A DNA stretch of 64,000 nt from Burkholderiales bacterium. Its GTDB lineage: Bacteria > Pseudomonadota > Gammaproteobacteria > Burkholderiales > SG8-39. The notes beneath the pieces were generated by a model. It was not told where the DNA came from. It did no database searches and was given only the letters and a program-made list of their open reading frames with translations. Made by a program: the position numbers and the translations under genes. Shown here in pieces: positions 57,368 through 64,000 of the stretch (the first letter of the stretch is position 1; each line of letters opens with the position of its first letter). Where the stretch lies: NCBI GenBank assembly GCA_041617635.1, contig JBFJOO010000012.1, positions 1,488 through 65,487 on the forward strand, given 5' to 3'.

Positions 57368-60300
57368 ATGCGGTGTCCGCGGTGCCAGGCCGAGAACCCC
57401 GGGGGCGCGAGGTTCTGCGAGGAGTGCGGCGCACATCTCGCCCGGGCCTGCCCGCATTGCGGCGCCGAGGTCTCTCCCGGAAAAAGTTTCTGCCGGTCGT
57501 GCGGCGCGCAGCTCGCCGCCCCCGCTACGGACCGACCGCCTCCCGTTGCCTACACCCCCAAGCATCTGGCGGAGCGCATCCTCACGTCGAAGGCCGCGCT
57601 CGAGGGCGAGCGGAAGCTGATCACGGTCCTTTTCGCCGACCTGAAGGCTTCGATGGAGCTCCTGGCAGACCGCGACCCCGAGGAGGCCCGGAAGCTCCTG
57701 GACCCCGTCCTCGAGTACATGATGGAGGCCGTCCACCGCTACGAGGGCACCGTCAACCAGGTGGCGGGCGACGGGATCATGGCGCTCTTCGGGGCGCCAC
57801 TGGCCCACGAAGACCACGCGGTGCGCGCCTGCTATGCGGCCCTCGACATGCAGGCCGCGATACGACGCTACACCGAGAAGGTTCGACGTGCGCACGGCGT
57901 CGAGGTGCAGATCCGCGTCGGGCTCAACTCGGGCGAGGTGGTGGTCGGCACCATCGGCAGCGACCTCCGCATGGATTACACGGCCGTGGGCCAGATGACG
58001 CACCTCGCCGCGCGGATGGAGCAGCTTGCCACGCCTGGCACTGTCCGACTCACCGTGAACACGCTGCGTCTCGCGGAGGGGTATATCGAGGTGAGGCCGC
58101 TCGGCCCGGTGCCGGTGAAGGGGCTGGAGCAGCCCGTCGATGTCTACGAGATGATCGGCGCAGGCCCCCGCAGATCCCGGTTTCACGCCGCTGCTGAGCG
58201 AGGGCTCACCCGGTTCGTCGGACGGGAGAGCGAGCTCGAGGCTCTCCGCCAGGCGCTCGCGCATACAGCGGCGGGCCAAGGACAGGTCATCGCCATCGTG
58301 GGGGAACCCGGCGTGGGCAAGTCCCGCCTGGTCTGGGAAGTCACCCACTCGCATCGCGTGCACGGCTGGCTGGTCCTCCAGGCCAGCGCGGTCTCCTACG
58401 GCAAGGCGACGAGCTACCTGCCGATCGTCGATCTCCTCAAGGGATACTTCGGCATCGAGGACCGCGACGAGCCGCGAACAGTGCGCGAGAAGCTGACCGG
58501 AAAGCTCTCAACGCTGGATCGCGCGCTGGAGGGCGATCTACCGGCGCTCCTGTCGCTCCTCGACGTGCCGGCCGATGACCTGCAGTGGTCGACGCTCGAT
58601 CCGCCCCAGCGCCGCCGGCGCACGCTGGACGCCGTGAAGCGGCTCCTGCTTCGGGAAAGCCAGGCCCAGCCGCTGCTGGTCGTCGTCGAGGACCTCCACT
58701 GGATCGACTCCGAGACGCAGGCGCTGCTCGATGGCCTGGTCGAGAGCCTCCCGGCCAACCGACTCCTGCTGCTCGTGAACTACCGGCCCGAGTATCAGCA
58801 TGCGTGGGGGAGCCGTACGTACTACGCGCGGCTCCGGCTAGACCCCCTGCCCATCGAAGGCGCCGAACGGCTCCTCGCGGCGCTGCTGGGAGCCAACCCC
58901 GCCCTCGAGCCGCTCACGCGCGTGCTGATCGCGCAGACCGAGGGCAACCCGTTCTTCCTGGAAGAGTGCGTGCGGACACTCGTCGAGACGAGCGCCCTCA
59001 CCGGCGAGCGCGGCGCCTACCGACTGGCGCGGCCCCTGCCGGCCATCCAGGTCCCGGCGACCGTCCAGGCCGTGATCGCCGCCCGCATCGACCGGCTCCG
59101 CGCAACGGACAAGGCGCTCCTGCAGACGGCGTCGGTGGTTGGCAGGGACGTGCCGGTTGGCTTGCTGCAGGCTATTGCCGAGCTCGCCGATAACGAGCTG
59201 TACGCCGCGATCGGACGCCTCCAGGCCGCGGAGTTCCTGTACGAGACCGGGATCTTCCCGGATATCGAGTACACCTTCAAACACGCGCTGACCCACGACG
59301 TGGCCTACGGCGGCCTGCTCCACGACCGGCGGCGCACCCTCCACGTCCGAATCGTGGAGACCATCGAGCGGACCTATACCGACCGGCTGGCCGAGCATAT
59401 CGATCAGCTGGCCCATCATGCGTTTCTGGGCGAGGACTGGGCGAAGGCGGTCACCTACCTGCAGCAAGCAGGTGCCAAGGCCTTCGCCCGCTCGGTCCAC
59501 CGGCAAGCTGTCAGGTGCTTCGAGGACGCGCTGACGGCGTTGACTCACCTCCCCGAGGCTCGCGAGACTGTGGAGCAGGCCATCGATCTTCGCTTCGACC
59601 TGCGCAACGCGCTGCTCCCGCTGGCGGAATGGGGAAGGATCGAAGGGTATCTCCGGGAAGCTGAAGCCCTCGCCAGGACGATCGACGATCAGCGCCGACT
59701 CGGATCGGTGTCGGGCTACATGAGCGGCCTGCACCTGAACACCGGCGGTCGCGCGAGCGACGTGCGCGCGTTTGCCCTGCAGGTCGAGGCGAGCGGCGCG
59801 TCGCTCGGCGATGTCCCGCTCCAGGTTGCCGGCCGTTACTACCAAGTCTGGCTGGGCGCTCTCTCGGGCGACTATCGCGGCACCGAGCGCCTTTGCCGGA
59901 CATTATTGGACTCACTCACCGGCGATCTGTCTCGCGAGCGTTTCGGCCTCGTTGCGTATCCAGCGGTGGTGTCGCGCGCCTTCCTGGCGCGCGCCCTCGC
60001 CGAGCTCGGGGTGTTCGACGAGGGGCGCGACCACGGAGGGGAGGCCATTCGGGTGGCGGAAGCGCTCGATCACCCCTTCAGCCTCATCTGGGCCTGCTTG
60101 AACCTCGGGCGCCTCGAGAGCCTCCGCGGAGAGTTCGTGCGGGCGACATCGCCGCTCGAACGCGCCGTCGCGCTCTCCCGCGAGTGGAACATCGCGTATT
60201 TGACGCCGATCGCGCTCGCGGCGCTGGGGCACGTCTACGCTGTGTCGGGACGCGTCGGGGAAGGGGTCTCTTGGCTCGAGGAAGCCCTGGCCGCTTATGC

Positions 60301-60769
60301 ATCCGCCGGGATCGGCTACCTGCACTCGATGAGCACGGTGCAGCTCGGCGAGGCGTACCTCCTCGCGGGCCGGGTGGAGGAGGCGCGGGCCTGCGGCGCA
60401 CGTGCCGTGGTGCTCGCCCGCGAGCGAGGGGAACGCGGTCACGAGGCTTGGGCTCACCGCCTCCTCGGCGAGACCGCGTCGGATCACGACCGCCCGGACG
60501 TGGCGGCGGCCGAAGCCCACCTCGCCACGTCCTCGGCCTTGGCCTCGGAGCTCGGCATGCGCCCGCTCGTCGCTCACTGCCGCCTCGGCCTCGGCAAGCT
60601 CCACGGGCGAAGCGGCGATCGGCGGGCGGCCACGGAGGATCTCGCGACGGCGAAGCGCATGTTCCACGAGATGGGCATGCAGTTCTGGTTCGAGAACGCC
60701 GAGGCCGAAGTGCAAGCGCTGGAGCGCGCGGTGTTCCCCCCGAGCGGGGATTCGCAGTCTCGCGCTTGA
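57368..60769 (+). CDS. Multidomain signalling protein: double zinc ribbon - class III adenylate/guanylate cyclase - AAA/STAND ATPase - TPR
   Basis: Trimmed to MRCPRCQAENPGGARFCEECG..CPHCG..CRSCG. The cyclase core is ITVLFADLKAS...VAGDGIMALFGAP...RVGLNSGEVV. Walker A is GEPGVGKS and Walker B is LLVVVEDLHWID. A long helical/TPR C-terminus follows. Confidence 0.85.
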   Translation: MRCPRCQAENPGGARFCEECGAHLARACPHCGAEVSPGKSFCRSCGAQLAAPATDRPPPVAYTPKHLAERILTSKAALEGERKLITVLFADLKASMELLADRDPEEARKLLDPVLEYMMEAVHRYEGTVNQVAGDGIMALFGAPLAHEDHAVRACYAALDMQAAIRRYTEKVRRAHGVEVQIRVGLNSGEVVVGTIGSDLRMDYTAVGQMTHLAARMEQLATPGTVRLTVNTLRLAEGYIEVRPLGPVPVKGLEQPVDVYEMIGAGPRRSRFHAAAERGLTRFVGRESELEALRQALAHTAAGQGQVIAIVGEPGVGKSRLVWEVTHSHRVHGWLVLQASAVSYGKATSYLPIVDLLKGYFGIEDRDEPRTVREKLTGKLSTLDRALEGDLPALLSLLDVPADDLQWSTLDPPQRRRRTLDAVKRLLLRESQAQPLLVVVEDLHWIDSETQALLDGLVESLPANRLLLLVNYRPEYQHAWGSRTYYARLRLDPLPIEGAERLLAALLGANPALEPLTRVLIAQTEGNPFFLEECVRTLVETSALTGERGAYRLARPLPAIQVPATVQAVIAARIDRLRATDKALLQTASVVGRDVPVGLLQAIAELADNELYAAIGRLQAAEFLYETGIFPDIEYTFKHALTHDVAYGGLLHDRRRTLHVRIVETIERTYTDRLAEHIDQLAHHAFLGEDWAKAVTYLQQAGAKAFARSVHRQAVRCFEDALTALTHLPEARETVEQAIDLRFDLRNALLPLAEWGRIEGYLREAEALARTIDDQRRLGSVSGYMSGLHLNTGGRASDVRAFALQVEASGASLGDVPLQVAGRYYQVWLGALSGDYRGTERLCRTLLDSLTGDLSRERFGLVAYPAVVSRAFLARALAELGVFDEGRDHGGEAIRVAEALDHPFSLIWACLNLGRLESLRGEFVRATSPLERAVALSREWNIAYLTPIALAALGHVYAVSGRVGEGVSWLEEALAAYASAGIGYLHSMSTVQLGEAYLLAGRVEEARACGARAVVLARERGERGHEAWAHRLLGETASDHDRPDVAAAEAHLATSSALASELGMRPLVAHCRLGLGKLHGRSGDRRAATEDLATAKRMFHEMGMQFWFENAEAEVQALERAVFPPSGDSQSRA

Positions 60770-60864
60770 CATCGCGTAGACGCTACCGTAGCGTTCCATC
60801 GACACGCGCGGGTGAATGCCGTGCGCGATGGCCGACTGATCAGACCAAAGGGGAGGGTTCACCG

Positions 60865-61122
60865 ATGGCGAAAGTCAGGAAGACAGCGAAGGCCAAGAAG
60901 TCGAGGAAGGCCACGAAGTCCAGGAAGGCCAAGACGTCGTACGCGGACGCTCTGCAGGCGCTGAAAGCCGCGAAGGCCACACACAAGGTGATCGGTCAAG
61001 GCAAGATCAACATGACCGACTTGAGAAAGTTTCTGGACAAGAATGGAATCCCCTTCCACAGGGTCCGCTTCGTGGCGCTGAACGCACCGTTCATGAGGCG
61101 ATCGCCGACCTCCGCGGTCTAG
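60865..61122 (+). CDS. Small basic hypothetical protein (85 aa, Lys-rich N-terminal tail)
   Basis: An AAGGGGAGGG Shine-Dalgarno lies upstream of the ATG. The N-terminus MAKVRKTAKAKKSRKATKSRKAK resembles the tail of the 55355-56011 protein. The gene is locally AT-richer and I recognised no family. Confidence 0.5.
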   Translation: MAKVRKTAKAKKSRKATKSRKAKTSYADALQALKAAKATHKVIGQGKINMTDLRKFLDKNGIPFHRVRFVALNAPFMRRSPTSAV

Positions 61123-61148
61123 AACGTCCGCCCGGTCAGGGTCGGTTC

Positions 61149-61898
61149 GTGAACATCGTCGCCGAGCTGACCGTCAAAACCCTGCGCACGCACGGCGGGG
61201 CGGGGTGGCGTTGCTATCGCGACGCGCTGATCACCGCGTGCCGGAAGGCGCCACCTCCGTTCGGGACCCCGGCCTACGGCAAGATCTACCGCGACGCGGC
61301 CACGGACCCCTACTGGATGGCGCTTTCGCTTGTGAAGAATGCCGAGGGGGAAGGTGAAGGCGCCCGGCACCTGTGGGACCTGGCGGCCTGCACGCCGGAT
61401 CCGCGCGTGGCCGCGCAGGTCAAGGCGCACGCGATCGACGAGTCGCGACACTCCCGAGCGTATGTCGCGATGCTGGACCTCGCCTTCCCGGGGGTGGTCG
61501 ACGACGAATTCGGTGCCCGGCTCGCTACGCTGTCCCCCGGCTACACCCAGCGAAGCCCGCTCGCGCCCCACGAGGGTTCTGCGTACGCGAGCCCGATCAC
61601 GGTGGACGACCTCATCCAGATGAACATCGCGGAGATCCGGACGCTCGTGCACCACCTCCTGCAGCGGCCGGTGCTGCTCGGATACTGCGCGCCCGCGCGG
61701 CGGCGTCGGCTGGCGCGCGTGCTCGACAGCCTGCGGCGCGACGAGATCGGCCATATCGCGTACACCGCCGCGCTGATCGAGGAGTTCGCGCGGCGTGGCG
61801 AGGCCGGCGCGGTGAAGCGGCTCATGCAAGAGCGGATGAGCGACTTCAACGCGATCACGAATCAAGACCTCGGAAAAAACGTCTTCGAGTCGGTCTGA
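61149..61898 (+). CDS. Putative ferritin-like / di-iron carboxylate oxygenase-like protein
   Basis: 249 aa with a GTG start. Two E-x-x-H motifs (DESRHSRAY and RDEIGHIAY) lie in predicted helices with further upstream Glu residues. The assignment is by motif only. Confidence 0.55.
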   Translation: MNIVAELTVKTLRTHGGAGWRCYRDALITACRKAPPPFGTPAYGKIYRDAATDPYWMALSLVKNAEGEGEGARHLWDLAACTPDPRVAAQVKAHAIDESRHSRAYVAMLDLAFPGVVDDEFGARLATLSPGYTQRSPLAPHEGSAYASPITVDDLIQMNIAEIRTLVHHLLQRPVLLGYCAPARRRRLARVLDSLRRDEIGHIAYTAALIEEFARRGEAGAVKRLMQERMSDFNAITNQDLGKNVFESV

Positions 61899-61920
61899 TC
61901 GTCGCGGCGTTGAGCGCGAC

Positions 61921-63561
61921 GTGACGCTCCGGGACGTGAGACGGTGGGCCGGCATGCGCCGGATCGGCGCGGCGCGGCTCGCCCGCGCCCGCGAGGCCGC
62001 GTTTCTCGTTGCGGTGTCGCGGCTGCTCCAGGGGATCTACCGAGAAGGCTTGGCGCCGCACGCAGCGTTGCGGCAGAGCGACGCCGGCCGGTGGTTCCTC
62101 GATCTCGGCCGCGAGCCGATGCTGCGCGCGCCGATCAGCGGTCCGCTGCCCTTTCGACGCCTCGAGCTGACTGGATTTCCGTGGACGATCGTCGCGGGCA
62201 GGCGGCGCCTGCTGCGCGGCACGCGGGCATTCCTGAACGCCCTGCGGCTCTGCCTGGAGCCCTCGGAGCTCGCCCCGCATTTCGATCGGCTCGTCGCGGA
62301 TTTCGACAACAGCTTCGCCAATCTCGTGCTGAACCGTCTCGTCGGCGAGCGGCTCGACGCCCGCGCGCAGGCCGTCGAGCCCGTGTACGAGGGCCACCAC
62401 TACTATCCGTTCCCGGCGCTCCGGCTCGGGCCGTCACTCGAGCAGGTGGTCGAGTGCTCCAATCTCTCCCGCGAGGCGATCGATCTGACGCTGGTCGCCG
62501 CTCGGCCGTGCCTTTTCGATTCCACGGCGTACGCGGATCATCGGGCGTGCTTTCGCGCGTGGGCCGGCGTGTCCCTCCCACGGAACGCCGACGTCGTGAT
62601 CCCGCTGCACCCCTGGCAACTCGAGCTCTCGCCGGTCGTGCGCGAGCTCGTGAAACGGCGGTGGATCGCGGTGCTCGACCTGCCCCTCAAGGCGATTCCC
62701 CTCGCGTCGCAGCGAACGTGCCGGATCCTGCGCACGGGTTTCGACGTCAAGCTGGCGGTCGCCGCCACGCTCACGGGCGAAGACCGCCTGCTCTATCCCT
62801 TGAATCGCGCGAATGCGACCGCGTTTTCGGCGCTGGCCCGCATCCAACTGCGCGCCAGCGGTGAGCGCACGCTGGACTTCCAGTACGACGTGGCGTCGAT
62901 GGCACACGCCGAGCCAACCATCGGCATGCACCTCGCCGTGATCGTCCGTGCGCCGGTGTCCCGACGCGCCGGGGAGATCGTTGTCCCCGCGCTGAACCTC
63001 TGGTGCGGGCCGCGGCAGGCGCGCACGCTGCTCGCGCTCCGCCGCCCGGAGCACGCGTACGCGTTCTTCCGCGCCTACTGCCGCGTGCTCATGCGTGGCG
63101 TGGTCGACTCTTATGCGCGCTGGGGCATGGCCTTCGAGCCACACCTGCAGAACGTGTACGTCGCGTTGCGTGACGGCATGCCGTCACGCATGATCCTGCG
63201 CGATCTAGACAGCACGATCCTCGATCCCGATCGGATCCGCCCGGTCGCGCGGGCGAACGGAGTGCGGCTGGCGCGCGGCACGTGGCAGCACATGCCGGAC
63301 TTTGCCACCGGAGGTCGGCGACTGGCGCACGCCATGATGTACGGACACCTCGGCGAGGTGATGTCGTATCTCGCCCGGGCCGCGACGGTCGACCTGGACA
63401 GGTTGAGTGGCGCCGTGGAGGAGACGTGGGACGAGCTGATCGCCCAAGCGCCGTCGCCCGCCTGCCGGCGGCGCGTGCGCGACTTGCGCGTGCAGGCGGA
63501 CACCGTCGGGGCGGTTCTGTGGCGCCGGATCACGCGGGCGACCTACACGGCGTACCGTTGA
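61921..63561 (+). CDS. IucA/IucC-family NRPS-independent siderophore (NIS) synthetase with FhuF-like C-terminus
   Basis: 546 aa with a GTG start. IPLHPWQ, SQRTCRIL..FDVKLAV, and FEPHLQNVYVAL...ILRDLD are the IucA/IucC core motifs. Confidence 0.8.
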   Translation: MTLRDVRRWAGMRRIGAARLARAREAAFLVAVSRLLQGIYREGLAPHAALRQSDAGRWFLDLGREPMLRAPISGPLPFRRLELTGFPWTIVAGRRRLLRGTRAFLNALRLCLEPSELAPHFDRLVADFDNSFANLVLNRLVGERLDARAQAVEPVYEGHHYYPFPALRLGPSLEQVVECSNLSREAIDLTLVAARPCLFDSTAYADHRACFRAWAGVSLPRNADVVIPLHPWQLELSPVVRELVKRRWIAVLDLPLKAIPLASQRTCRILRTGFDVKLAVAATLTGEDRLLYPLNRANATAFSALARIQLRASGERTLDFQYDVASMAHAEPTIGMHLAVIVRAPVSRRAGEIVVPALNLWCGPRQARTLLALRRPEHAYAFFRAYCRVLMRGVVDSYARWGMAFEPHLQNVYVALRDGMPSRMILRDLDSTILDPDRIRPVARANGVRLARGTWQHMPDFATGGRRLAHAMMYGHLGEVMSYLARAATVDLDRLSGAVEETWDELIAQAPSPACRRRVRDLRVQADTVGAVLWRRITRATYTAYR

Positions 63562-63698
63562 TCGAGCGAGACGCGCGAATCCTGGTTCGCAACCCGCTCC
63601 GGCGACCGGGCGGTCGCACGGGTGGGCGTGCGCTACGATTCGTGGCGGACGACCTCGCCGCTCGGCGAGAGGCGCCGCGTGCAGGGGGAAAGGCGACG

Positions 63699-64000
63699 AT
63701 GGCGGATCGGCTCGAGGGCAAGGCGGCGCTGGTGCTCGGCGCCGGCTCGGTGGGCGAGGGCGTGGGCAACGGACGCGCAATCAGCGCCCTCTTCGCGCGC
63801 GAGGGCGCGCGCGTCGCGGGCGCCGACATCCGGCTTGCGGCGGCCGAGGAGACAGCGCGCCTGATCGCGGGAGAGGGCGGGAAACTGCTCGCGCTCCAGG
63901 CCGATGTGACGAAGGAGGCCGACTTGCAGCGCGTCGCCGACGTGACAGTGAAAGAGCTCGGCCGCATCGACATCCTCGTGAACAACGTCGGCGGCAGTAT
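63699..64000 (+). CDS. Short-chain dehydrogenase/reductase (5-prime partial, runs off the window)
   Basis: This gene is not in the ORF track because no stop lies inside the window. ATG at 63699 follows a GGGGAAAGG Shine-Dalgarno. Translation gives MADRLEGKAALVLGAGSVGEGVGNGRAISALFAREGARV...LVNNVGG, with the Rossmann motif and NNxG. Confidence 0.75.
   Translation, partial: MADRLEGKAALVLGAGSVGEGVGNGRAISALFAREGARVAGADIRLAAAEETARLIAGEGGKLLALQADVTKEADLQRVADVTVKELGRIDILVNNVGGS

Noticed and set aside
57368-60769. The cyclase gene as a Pycsar/CBASS-type immune cyclase.
   Set aside because: Those systems use compact cyclases with an adjacent effector gene. Here the cyclase is embedded in a 1133-aa regulatory-type protein, and no TM, TIR, patatin or nuclease effector is adjacent. 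I kept it as a STAND-signalling curiosity only.
1-64000. A search for rRNA, tRNA, CRISPR arrays, IS elements, integrases and phage structural genes.
   Set aside because: No intergenic gap has the size or structure for a tRNA or rRNA. I noticed no spaced direct-repeat arrays and no transposase, integrase or phage motifs in any frame. This was inspection by eye only, so small RNAs cannot be excluded.

Overview
This is a high-GC, gene-dense window of about 62 protein-coding genes. It looks like chromosomal DNA from a metabolically versatile Gram-negative bacterium, with a proteobacterial or Rokubacteria-like gene repertoire. I found no rRNA, tRNA, CRISPR array, transposase, integrase or prophage genes. 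All calls rest on reading the supplied translations for family motifs, on start-codon and Shine-Dalgarno context, and on operon geometry. No database or HMM search was run, so family names are motif-level recognitions. High GC produces long spurious antisense ORFs, so I chose the strand by amino-acid composition and motifs, and I trimmed many ORF-track N-termini to internal starts. Most of the window is transport and catabolism: a general amino-acid ABC system (aapJQM...P) interrupted by an opposite-strand P-type ATPase; carbamate kinase; a NitT/TauT-type ABC importer next to deacetylase, CoA-transferase, amidase and acyl-CoA dehydrogenase genes; a TatT-associated TRAP transporter followed by a sirtuin and an MFS gene; a LigB / amidohydrolase-2 / MetE-like aromatic cluster; an HpaB-type monooxygenase operon; and many alpha/beta hydrolases. 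The items most worth a second look are: (1) a membrane-spanning TIR protein with receptor-like topology (5839-6954); (2) a translationally coupled three-gene MotA/ExbB-like plus ExbD-like module with no recognisable output partner (44609-46606); (3) a patatin/cPLA2-like lipase whose Ser and Asp catalytic motifs are separated by a roughly 400-residue polytopic membrane insertion (24436-27219); (4) a membrane-anchored Mrr-type nuclease in an operon with RtcB RNA ligase (41178-42964); (5) a zinc-ribbon / nucleotide cyclase / STAND-ATPase / TPR giant flanked by a PilZ receptor and two Lys-rich proteins (55355-61122); (6) a minimal IucA/IucC plus putative di-iron cluster (60865-64000); and (7) a MoaD-like Gly-Gly protein paired with a BNR propeller (4435-5812). 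Coordinates of short repeats and palindromes were counted by eye and may be off by 1-2 nt.
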